DNA of 63,578 bases, filler included, from Intoshia linei (taxonomy: Eukaryota; Animalia; Orthonectida), in assembly GCA_001642005.1 (NCBI GenBank). It is 5 parts of 5 records of this genome, joined end to end, with 100 filler letters (N's around TTAATTAATTAA, not from the genome) between each part and the next. Parts side by side here need not be neighbours in the genome. Positions count along the whole stretch, not along the records: positions 1 to 30,374 come from LWCA01000360.1; 4 more parts are not named here. One strand, 5' to 3'. The notes beneath the pieces were generated by a model. It ran no database searches and had not been told where the DNA came from. It saw only the letters and a list, made by a program, of their open reading frames with translations. Made by a program: the position numbers and the translations under genes. Shown piece after piece: positions 1-12,100 of the stretch; the stretch's first letter is position 1, and every line of letters starts with the position of its first letter.

Positions 1-39
1 GTGACGAGATTTCGAAACAATACAATTATCTAAAACCTA

Positions 40-820
40 ATATTATAACGAAGGTAAATGTAATTTTTTATAATGATAAGGGCTCGTTATTATTAATTGT
101 GCCGAATTGTCACATCACAGACATTATCCAAAATTATCATGACTCATTAATGTTTTTCCACCCAGGAATAACTAAAACCTTTCGAAATATTAGAAAGAAA
201 TATTTTTGGTCACATATTTATCGCAATGTTAAAAATATGTGTCGAAATGTATAAAATGTAACGAGAACAAACACAGAAACCACACACTTTTTAACAAGTT
301 AGAATAGGTTGAGTCCAATATCAATTATGTTTTAAATGTTTTATTAAGTTTAATCAATTATGGCAAATAGATCTGTTGGGTCCATTAACGGAGACAGCAC
401 AATTAATTAAATACATTTTAGTAATGTGTGATCACTTCTCTGGTTGGGTGGAAGCTGAAGCTATTGCCAACATTAATGCACAAACGATTGAAGATTAATT
501 TAGGATTGTCCTCCATTGTGTTAGGATACGATATGTGTTCAAAAATAGTAATACCAAGAGTTCACATGGAGCAACAAATAAAAAAAACCAAATGTATCCA
601 TAATGAACGGGTTAAACATTTTGATAAAAAAGTACAAAAATCTTATAATTACTTTAATAAAAATTTTTCTCCATTTACAATCGCTGACAAACAGCAATCA
701 ATATATAAACTTAGAGATAGGTCAAAATGCCGCCCACCTTCAAAATTTCGATGGGATAAAGATTTGGGAAAATAGGTGTAATGAATAAAATTAGTCACTA
801 TGACTATCCATTATCGTGAA
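40..820 (+). mobile_element. Decayed Ty3/Gypsy-type (or Ginger-like) integrase remnant
   Basis: Frameshifted translation gives an HHCC zinc finger (YHDSLMFFHPGITKTFRNIRKKYFWSHIYRNVKNMC../CIKC) and the start of an rve core (WQIDLLGPLTETAQLIKYILVMCDHFSGWVEAEAI), with stops and frameshifts. Confidence 0.85.
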
Positions 821-976
821 AATAACGTGAAAATAATTTACTTTAAATATTAAATTTTTATCTTTGATCTTAAATATCTAATTCATTACACTCGTATTTT
901 ATATTTATCTTAACATTGTGGATGAATTAAATAATTACATTTGAGGAGGCGTAAATATTAACTGATTTCATGTTTT

Positions 977-1739
977 ATGGGTAAAATGCTTACAATCATA
1001 AAAGACATCCACGTGCAAGATGAACTTTCTAATAAAAAAACATCAAAAGTGGATACCCTAATATTGATATTATTTAAAAATAATTTATATTTGCACATTT
1101 TAAACGTTTTTATAGCTAAAACAAGAATATACCGATAATTTATCTGCGTCTTTATCGCAATATTCTCAAAATAAAGAATCTATACATGAAGATAATCAAG
1201 ATTCGATTAGAGATGACATTACAGAAATTCTTCAAGTTCAAAAAGATAATTCTCTGACAAATGATATTGTAGAACAAAAAGCGGAAGAACCAAAAAAATT
1301 GTTTTGATTTATTGTACCATCTCACGTCAATTTTAATATAATTTACATTTCAAATTTTTTCGAAAATTGAAATTTATTTTACGGTTAGTAACAAGAATCT
1401 AAATCACCTATCAACAGTTATTATAGATTCTTATTATTAATTTAAAGGTATCAACTAATTTTTGGTTTGTAAGAAAAATAAGTTAAATGACCTTTTCAAC
1501 AATCAATGACAGAATGCCATTAAAACGCCTGAAACGTTTTAGTGAATAATTTATTTTTATTTTGATCATATTTTTTACTATTTAGGGTTTCTTTAAAATT
1601 TTCTACTCCCAATCAGTATATATTTTACCATTATTTTAGTAAATACTATTACTACTGTATCATTCCGTTATTCATAGTCATAGTTTACACTGCTGTTTAT
1701 TGGCTACATCGTACATACGACAAAGACGATTTTGAATAA
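977..1739 (+). CDS. Possible small spliced gene or pseudogene with a C-terminal hydrophobic segment; structure unresolved
   Basis: Exon-like stretches MGKMLTIIKDIHVQDEL.., LKQEYTDNLSASLSQY.. and KYYYYCIIPLFIVIVYTAVYWLHRTYDKDDFE* flanked by GT/AG. I could not join them into one consistent frame. Confidence 0.3.
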
Positions 1740-2281
1740 TGGAACAGATTCCATTATATTAACATTCATTGTACATTATTACATTGTATTACATTAGCTA
1801 AAAAATGAAGCATATTTTTTGTTATTTTTGTAAATATATATTCACTTTAAATACATGTACTGTAGGACAAATGTATATGAACGTTGACACTAAATAAAAT
1901 ATAAATGAAAGTTAAATATGACAAATGATATAATTTTGAGTGATAGATTTCAGATTTTACATATTGTATATTGTAGTAGATTCAACTGTAATGTTGAATT
2001 TTTTGAAAAAACGGAAAAACATTAGTTTTAATAATTAAGAATTTCAAAGATAATCGATATTTTTTTATATCTTTTTAATACACAATTTAAATGTATATAA
2101 AATAAAATGAAAAATAAAAATAAGCATAATATTTGTATAAGTTGGATTGTATGTTTTAGATAGTGTCATTTAGAAAATCAATAAATTTAAATTATATAAA
2201 AATTTTTGTTAATAAAAATTTATTGATAAATTTTAAACATGTATTGTATTTTCATTTATTGAAATTTAATATTTAAAAATG

Positions 2282-5200
2282 ATGAATTTTGCTAAAAATT
2301 TCTTAAATGTGTACATTGGAATTCTTGTTTCGTTGTTTTGTTCATTTTCTATCTCTGTTCGATTTACCAAAGTTATGTCGATTGGATCATATAGCCCTAA
2401 AAAGGTAATGATTATAATAAGCATGATGTATACTCAAAAGTAAAATTTATGTATATTGTACAATGTACAAATAATAAGACTTATGAGTACAATAGTTTAT
2501 GTTTAAAATGTTTTACAATTTATATTATTATTATTATTAGGAAGATGAATTCAGGTGTGTGTCTCTTGATGTAGCACATTCTAATGCTAATTATATTAGT
2601 AAATTTACCTATGCTTATTATACATCTTAGGGTGGTCCAAAACTAAGTAAATTAACGACATTGAAAATGTAGTTTTGAGTATGTTATGAAAAAGTACAGG
2701 GTAACATATTATGCCTTTCCTATTGTTATTCGGTTTAACCGATCAGTGACAGATTCATTTTACATTGTCTAAAATCACAGTTTTGAGTAAATCGTCTTTA
2801 TATATAATTACTAGGTTGACTGTTATGTACTGCGTACATTGTAACGTCATACAAACAGTACATATCTGCCATTTTTACATTTGGAAATTTTTAATTCTAC
2901 CAAAAAAATAGATTCAATAAGAAAATGTAACTGAATCAAACGAAGACATCAATTTATAAGATTTCCACCTATATCTCTTTAATGTATATGTGTAGACGTT
3001 CAATGCATATTTTTTTTTAAATTGTAGGATGAATATTGACATTTTTAATTTTACACCTAATAATTAAAACATTTGAAAAATATTGGGTGATAATATATTA
3101 AAAATTATTTTTCACTGGGAATGCGTAGATTTCTGGGGTTAAAATGTTATATTTATATTAACTGGAATAAGCTTTACCAGCATAATCTTTTTTTTCATTA
3201 TAGAACCGTTAATTATATGAAATTTTGTTTTACATATTGTTAATAAAATATTTCCAATTTCAAAAAAAAAATTATTACTACTGAGCTTTTTTGACCATGA
3301 AGGCGTCACTTTATCATATTGAAATTTTTTTTTATGTGTTCGCTGGATATATCTTTATCAGCTATTATGTTGTTTTTAATTCTAAGACTATTTTTATTTT
3401 TTAAAAAAAAGGACAATGTTGGTTTTGATCAGTAAAATTAACTTTTTGAGGTTGCCATTTATTATAATGCTTATGATTTTAAAAACTATCCCAGAATTTA
3501 TGTTTTATAAAATTTAGAACATGTTTAATTTTTACAAAAAGAGTAATTTAGGGTTTTTGGCAATGTTAATCATTTTAAAACGCGTCCCAGAATGTATGTT
3601 GTATTAAATTTGTTGGCTTATTTTATTTTTAAAGAAAAGGGCAAATTGGATTTTTGACTCTAAAGCACTGAAATTCGGAAACTGAAAAATCAATATAAAC
3701 TCGCTTTGGGAAAACTGTATTATAAAGTGGGTTTGTTTACATCCTACGACTGTTAATTTGTTTAATAATGATAACGAACAAACACAAACATCTAATTTTA
3801 TATAAGTAAAAAATAGTCACCAAATAAAAACTTAAATGCTTTTTTGAATATCTCATCCATACCGCGAAAGGGTCAATTTGCGAAATTGAAATTTTTTATT
3901 AATGTTAACTGGAAATAGCTATATTAGCTCTGATTTTTAAAAAAAATGTAGGAATATTTTCATTTATTGAAAAAAAGGGGTAATCTGGTTTTGTTAGTCA
4001 AGATACCAGTTTTTATGATATGATATGCTCATGATTTTAAAACTATGAAGGAATGTATGTTTTATAAAATTTTAGGACTTTTTTCATTTAAAAAAAAAGT
4101 AATTTGGGTTTGGCGTTCGAACTTTGGACAATGAAGGTGTAAGTTTCGAAGGTTGAATGCTCAATTTCAAAAAATTATTTCCATTAAATCTATAGAAAAT
4201 CAATACAAAAATTTAAACAAATTTCGTCTAGAGTCTAAACCCCCAAGAGTGGGTTGATACGGTGGGTTCTACACTGTTATCACTATTATTAATTTTTGCT
4301 TACATTTTATTTTATAAAAAAAACAAATAATTCTCAAAAGTGTTTTCCAGTTAATCAGAAAAAATTACAATCCCCTAAATTTACATTTTCTCTGTCAAAA
4401 CCTTTTTTAACATTTCTTTAACCTATATATTTATCTAATTTTTAAATAAAATTGTATAATTTACAATTATACAATTCAAAATAATAATTTAAAATGAAAT
4501 GACCACTTAACAATTTCATAATATGATTTATACACATTCTACAAAATTTTTCCAGCATACTCAAAGTTACTTTTTAAATATTTTTTCGGATCAGCCTAAT
4601 ATAAATGTAATTTATATTTTATTTTGATTTTTTAAGAGTCAATTCAAATGAATGTTTCAAAAGAAATCAAAAATTTAATATTATTTGGTTGCGAATACGT
4701 CGGATCAGATGAAAGTATTTGGTAACATCTTAACCACTTTAATTAGGTGGTGAACTATTTTGGGCTATTACACGGCATCCACTGAAAAAATTGCAAACAT
4801 TTTACATCCACAAATTTGGTAGAATGCCAAAAATGATATATAGACCAAGGGTTTATTAAAAAAATTTGAAGGTCGATTTTTAATATTTTTAAAATTATAT
4901 TTATACTCTTTTGAATGTATCATATTTAATGAATGCAAATATGAACTATAACTTTTTAGGGTATATCATTATTTTTTCAATTGATAATGAGGTGCACAGG
5001 GAAAATTTTTTGTAAAATAAGTTTATTTAAAGCTGGACCCATCAAAAATAACAAAACTTTGTGTTGTATCCGTTCTTACTTCATGCCAACCCTTAATTAT
5101 ATTTGTTTATTATTATTATTATTATTATTATTGTAGGGAGTGTGACAGCAAAGTTAGTGGAGATTATCCTTGCAATCCAAATGGATGGATTCAAGTTATG

Positions 5201-7400
5201 TTTTATGGAAAAATGAATTTAAATAAACAATCTGATATTAATTTAGATAAAGGTATTAATTTATTGTTAACTTTCTAAGGCTTTTAAATTGGAGTAAGTG
5301 ATTGTGATTTCCCTGGGAAATATAAAGAAATATATGAAAGTATGAAAAATTAAATCTAGTAAGAGATTAACACCAGATTAATGTGATTGATAAATCTAAG
5401 TTATATATTAATAGTAATAATCGATGCTGAGAACTCATAATAAATAATCAAGTTGTATTATGAAGTTTTTGACTAGAAAAATTTTTGAGATTTTCCGATC
5501 AAAACCTATTTAAAAAAAATCGGCTTGCAGAATCCAAAAAAAATATTTATCTAAATAGTTTTGGTGTTATTGTCGAAATTATAAAAATTAAAATTCAGAA
5601 TAATTCCAAGCACTATCGATGTATATTTAAAAAAATTATCGGCAAAATCTAGTATAAGAAATAGTGGACTAATTTATTTGTTAAATAACGATTTAAACAA
5701 CTGATTTTCCTGATGATTTGTGTCACCTCGAGCGTACTTGGTTCCGCTTTGATTAACCCTATCATTAAATGATCAATTTATTTATTTCCTATGAAAATTA
5801 TGTGATTTTAAAACATTTTTAGATTTGGGTTACAAAATTGGAGGAAATAGTAGAATCAATTATTTGGTAATGCGTGTTCATTATAAATACACATCAGGTA
5901 CATTGAATACATTGTTATTGGATTTTTTATGAATGTAAAAATATAATTCCAGATAAACCAATGGCTCAACTGGCATTATCAATAACAAATGAACCGTATT
6001 ATTTATATCTCATTATAACGCATATGAGGAGTTCAACTTTCAACTTACAATATATGATGCATTTAATTTTTTTAATGCTTTTATCATAATTTTGAGATGA
6101 AATAAATGTATATTTTTATATTTTATTCAAAATAAAATTTTTTTTCAATAATAATAAAACGAAAACATTCCAAATTTGACAGAAACTGGATGATAACAGC
6201 ATGATGAAATTTGACCATTTTACTTGCAACTCTATATGAATTATTATAATATTAAATTAGTATATTTTTTTTGAATTTTACTTTAATTAGTCAGCATAAA
6301 AATGTTGGAATTTACATGATGGCAGGTTCAGGCGAATTTCCAGCGAGTCAAAATTGTATCATTTCATCAAACTAAAAAATTTTACTTTTTAGCAAACTTA
6401 AATATTAATTGTAATTACAAAGGAGAGGATACATGGCATCCATTCATGTACTTGATTAATCACAACGAAAAAGGTTTTATATTTTTAAATATAAAATAAA
6501 TGATTCCTATAGATTTACATTTACAAACAAAAATTAAAAAAAGACATTTTCCGTTTATTCTACTTGATAAAAGATTTAATGCGTCTGTAATTGAAGTAAG
6601 TTTACATTTATTTAAAAAATTAAACTATCTAAAACATTTACCTTTTCAGAAATTTTACGAAATAAAGGGATATAACGAGATGCCCATAGATCCAGGCGAT
6701 AAAATTGTAAAGATAAAGTAAATTAAAATAATTTTATTATAGAGTTCAGATATAAAGTTAAATAATGACAATAGCGTTGCTCTTCCAATAGGGTATATTT
6801 AAACTTGCTAATTTTTTTTGACAAGAAATTTACTTAATTAATTACATAATTATTAGTTTAAATTCAATGGAAGAATTTGCAATTGTGTATATAATGTACT
6901 ACGTTATTAGTAGCCGGTATCCGCTTGGAATGATTTGTTCTAAATACAATTTGTCGAGTATATATAAGGATTATAAAAAGAAGACATTTAATAACGATTT
7001 TGGAGTTATTAACATTGAAGACGATAGCGGTGTTATCAATGAACACGGAAAAGATAAAGAAAACGAACTTGAAGATGAATATCAATATGAATATAAAAAC
7101 ATGCAGGGTAATGAAAACTGGGATAAAAATTATTTTAAAACAAATAAAAATGTCAAATTGAATAAGTTTTTCAATAAAAATATAAAAAATAAACAAAATA
7201 CGCTAAGAATAAAAAAATATGAATTGAAAAAGATTATTGATAACTGGATGGATAAGAATAATAATGTGGCTGAACAAAGTACACGAAGTATTAATTCTGT
7301 AGATGAATTCAATCCAAATTATGCTGCTTGGATTTATAAACAATCGTTTAATAATGGGGATCAATATATCCCTGCTGCAAATTTATTTGGAGATATTTAA
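2282..7400 (+). CDS. Secreted peptidylglycine alpha-hydroxylating monooxygenase (PHM)-like protein, predicted catalytically inactive; 12 exons
   Basis: Exons 2282-2404, 2541-2598, 4637-4721, 5137-5252, 5823-5897, 5953-5995, 6291-6355, 6393-6473, 6513-6595, 6650-6706, 6743-6792 and 6857-7400 splice in frame with GT-AG. Product has a hydrophobic N-terminus and collinear PHM motifs: EDEFRCVS, LILFGC, IWECD, LGYKIGGNSRINYLVMRVHY, VGIYMM, NINCNY, FYEI..IDPGDKI, EEFAIVYIMYY. Confidence 0.85.
2811..2870 (-). mobile_element. Helitron-like 3' terminus (hairpin + CTAG) in PHM-like intron 2; element body with internal sub-repeats probably extends towards ~4200
   Basis: Same terminal motif as 19003-19048, 25655-25700, 34631-34680, 41312-41356 and 47380-47430. 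Adjoining sequence tttaattctaccaaaaaaata is shared with 8395-8420, 18955-18990 and 47435-47470. Confidence 0.6.
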
Positions 7401-9115
7401 TTATTTACATGCATAATTGTTAATAAATGCTTTAAAATTGTGTTATTTTTAAATTTAATAAAATTCGTTTATATTTATTACAATTTATATATTAGAAAAG
7501 ACACCAGAAAATAATTTTCTAATAGAATCTCAAAATTAACACACATCATTTTAGTTGGTTGACACCATTTTTTTAATACCATCATAGGGGTACACAGCTA
7601 AAAGGGTTGACAATATCTGGTCTACATGGAAAAATGCATAAAAAAAGAATTTAAAAAAAATATTTAAGAACAGTAAAAAATGTTCATAAAATAACAAATT
7701 AGTGATGATAAACAAATAATATGGATCAATATGCCTAAAATATCGGCATGAAATATTTATAATTTAAAAAGGTACGCGAGTTGCGTAACACGGTAAATAT
7801 TATGTTGGGAACCCCTGATCTATAAGTAAAGGTATATTACTTTACTTATATAAAATTGTGTGTTACCGTTTATTTAAAAAATTATCAGTCTTAAAATTAA
7901 AAAACCCAATTTCTAATACTGTTTACAGATTTTTATATGTGATGTTTATATCCAAGTTTCATTATCCGAATTTAAATTTTTCAAGGGCTTTCTAGGTCAA
8001 CAACCCAATTTCCCCGTTTGTTTAAAAATAAAATCAGCCTAAAAATTTAATAAAACAAATTTTAAGACGGGTTTTAAAATCGTTAAGATTTTCATATTTA
8101 TATCAGCCTCGGAAACGCTAAACTTCATGGTATAAACTACTTCAATTATCCTTTGTTTTAAAAATTAAATATATCCTAAATGTTATAAAACAGCTTTTGG
8201 TATAGTTTTTTAAAATAAAAGTAATATCATTAATCACACTGTCAAAAAGGTACATTTTCACGATGAAAACCTCAGAAATTTTTTAAAAAATTAAAAATAA
8301 TCCTAGAATTTAGAAAAAAATTTACAACTAAGTGAAGTTATCCCCAGATTTTAATCCCCTTATAATAGATAGATATAATAGATAGAATAATAATTTTTAT
8401 TCTACCAAAAAAATAAATTCACGTTGAAAAATCTAACTTAAAAATTCGACTATTAACTATTTTCAATCCTTTAAAGGAGTGGTTCTCAAACTTGTTTCAG
8501 GTGGAACCGTCATATCACATTACTTTTTACTTTAAAGTGAATTATTCTATTTTAATTTTGTTTTGTTATTAAATTTAAAATTAAAATAAACATAATAAAA
8601 TAGTCTCACAGATTTCCAGGCATATAGTTTTTGACCCCAATCGGGAACCACTAACATAGATAAAAAAGTGTCAAAGGAGCTAAAAGTAGTTGGAATAGAT
8701 AGATCAAAAATAGGTATTCTGTAATCTCAAAAAGGTTCAGACGGGTCGTTACTTTTTGAAAGCGAGTCTCATAGCTAGTGATTTGAAAGTCAATTGCAGT
8801 TGATCAACGTGATATATAGAATGATGAAATATAATAAAAGTTGACGGTTATGCAGTCAATAACGTAACACGATGAATGGTTAAATTCTAAATAAATGTAT
8901 ATCATTGTATCACTAATTGCTAAGAAATTAAGTTGAAACATTACCAATCTCTATCGTAAGTATTTTATAATTACTATGTGGATAGAATTTGCGGATTTGT
9001 TTATAGTGTAATAGTGAAAATGTGTTTGTAAGTCAATGAGTAAAAGAGTACACAATGAATTTGAATTCGTATCTGAATTTGAAATTTGCAATTTGAAAAT
9101 AAATATAACTAGAAA

Positions 9116-12100
9116 ATGTTGGGAAACATTACAGACACATTAAAAAGAATAGTCTGTGATTATATTTTGAAAGAAATTTGTGGTAAATTCATAAAAACAA
9201 ACATATCTAGCGATGAATTAAAAGTAAAAAGATTGGAAGGATCAGCTCAAATAACAAATATTGAATTGGATACAAATTATATAAATAGTTTAATCAGACA
9301 AAAGACTACAAATTTATTTATAAAATATGGCAAGATTGAATATATTGATGTAATAATACCTTGGAGAAATCTAAGCAGTTCGCCAACAAAAATTCGAATA
9401 AAGGGAGTACTATTGGAATGTGGAATAAAGGCTCAAAACGATATAAACTCATTACTCCTCTCCCTTTCAACAGCAATGTGTGGTGTAGGCCAATTTTTTG
9501 AAGAAGAACTTGTGAACCCAAAATTAAGTTTCGATGCAACAAAGATTGGAGGTTTAAAAATGTTTACAAGTGTATTGCAGTCTATAATCTACGGAGCAAT
9601 AATTGAATTTGAAAATGTTTCCATTTCTTTAAATTTTTTTGTAGAAAATTGTAACAATTTTTTGATTTTAGAAACGGAAAAAATTCAAATCATCAATGAG
9701 AAGGTGGATAATAACAATCAGAATGAAGGTAAAAATTTATACAAGCAAATTCTTTTTTACGGCTTGAAAATATTCTTCAATAGCATCAAGGATGATTGCG
9801 AAAATATGGTTGAATATGATGTAGACAAGTCTACTTCTTTTGAAGAAGAATCTGAAAATGTTGAAATGGATGTGGGTATATTAATTTTTTATATCCCGTC
9901 TAATAAGTGTTTTAAAATTCTTATGGAAAGCGATGAAAAATTTAATTATTTAATGATGGATGTTTATATTGATACGGCATCCGTTATTCTCTTTCCATAC
10001 GTTTTGTCAATATTTAACACGTTTGCATCTAGTTTAAGTTCTAGTGATGTGCATGGTTTTTCCCTTTACAGTGCAAGCGATACTGGAACGGAATGTGATA
10101 CGAAATGGAAGAATCCAGTGACAGATAAAGCTAATAAAATTGAAGAAAAGTTTGATTGTTCCATTAAATTTTGCGTAAACCAATTTTCACTTATAATTGC
10201 CGAAAATGACATGGAATTGGATTCTATCGAAAACGAAGAATTACTAAATTGTCATGAAACTGCAATAAGAAATTTTTTAAATTTTCGAGAGAAGGAAAAT
10301 TTGAACGAGATTGAGAAAAAAGTTTTTTCTTACGGAAGTTTTCTACAGATGGCATTAACGAGTGTCCAGTTTCAAATAATTTATTCTCATGATTCAATTT
10401 CAATGAATCTTTCCCTCAAAAATTTCGAAATTTACGAATTTGTCCAAACCGACAATAAAATTGTTATCAATGAAATTATCAAACCAAACAAGGATAGCGA
10501 TTTTGATACAAACGTTATCTTATTTCATATTGTTTGTCATAATAAAATCAATGATTCTTCGATATACGGCAAAAAGTGTGATTTTTCTTTAAAATTTTTG
10601 CAACAGATGAATGTCACTTTTGATTACAATATTATTACAAGATTGTCTCGACTTTTGAACATTTTTTCAAATTCAGACATTGAAATTAAAAATAATACTA
10701 AAAATCAAGATTCTTTTTTTATTCAAATTGATTTTGTGAAAATTTATATAAACTTGGCTATACCGTCTTTAAAAACTGAAACGGATTTTCTCGATTTATA
10801 TATTGATGAATTGACCATAATTTATTTGAATAACCCGTCATGTCGCAACAATTGTTTTGATTTAATTTTCACAAATTTACATTGCGATTATGTATTTAAA
10901 GAAAAAAAATTAAATTTTTTCAACATTAGTTGTTTGAATGGCAAGAATAAAATCAAAATTGTTACCAAAAACGAAAAAAATTTAAAAAATTTCGACTACA
11001 TGAAATATCCAAACTATCCCTTCAATATAAATTCCAGAAATTGCAATGGAAACGTAATTACAGTTCCCACGTCGTTTGATGAAATTTGTTGTTATCAGAA
11101 GGATATTCTTTACTCTACTAGTCTATTTTTTAAAATTTCTTTATCAAAAATTAGTATTTTTTTATATCAAAAGGATTTTCTCGATCACTTATACCTTAAA
11201 TTTGCTTTTGATGTACTCGATTGGTTCGACACTTTGGAAAATGGTACGCAAAATATAAATGTTGAAAATTCTCTAATCACCGCGAATGTTGCATTTAATT
11301 TTAAATCGAGTACTCTCGTTGTTTGGCACATTATATCAAACGATGCTGAAAATTGTATAGTCGTTTGGAAAGGTAAAAAATTTGGTTTATTTTACAATGA
11401 CTTGTATGCAAACTCTTTAAATCAAGTCATTGCTTCAAATTTAACAATTACGATAGATTCCTTTGCTGTTTATTATTCCCTTATCCCGGAAATTATTCAA
11501 AATATTGACCAAACGAGCAATGTACTCGAAAAAAAACTATCAAACTTGGAAAATTTAGAAAATTTTCTAATTTCCTGCAAGGACTCTAATATTGATGCAA
11601 TTTCGTCTTTTTCTGAACAATCTGATTCAGAATTAAATCTCAATTGGAAAATTATTATTGAAGATGTTGGAAATATACCTCGAAAATACTCTCACAATCA
11701 CGTACAATTGGAAGATTCTGCAACTATTTTTAAAAATATTAATCTTAGAAAATTTAAAAAAAAACATCCAATGTTTATTTTTGCATTTAAACTCATTTAC
11801 CAGGATAAACCTTCTTTTTCAGATATAACTTTAGCTACAAATGTTTATAATTCACTCATCACTAGCCATGAATCAATGTCAATTTATAAATTTATTCAAA
11901 TGCTCATTACTTTTTTTGATACGAGTGATATAAATACTTCCCTTTATACGGTACCAGATAGCGTTACAAAGTGTAATTTTACCTTTAATAATATACGAAT
12001 GCATTTATCGTATCCAAATTTGAAAATAAAAATTTTTCTAGTATCAAATTTTGCTAGTATTTCGACTAATGTTACATTGGAAGATAATTCTTTTGTTTTA

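Noticed and set aside
2631-2660. Alternative 32-nt intron after PHM-like exon 2
   Set aside because: Leads to a stop within a few codons; splicing to 4637 restores PHM homology.
6864-7312. Minus-strand hydrophobic ORFs 6864-7196 and 7130-7312
   Set aside because: Antisense shadows of the Lys/Asn/Glu-rich last exon of the PHM-like gene; the same applies to 44129-44329 and 55565-55976.
9050-9100. GAATTTG repeats upstream of ATG2 as a heat-shock element
   Set aside because: Mostly direct repeats rather than alternating nGAAn units; plausible by chance in AT-rich DNA.
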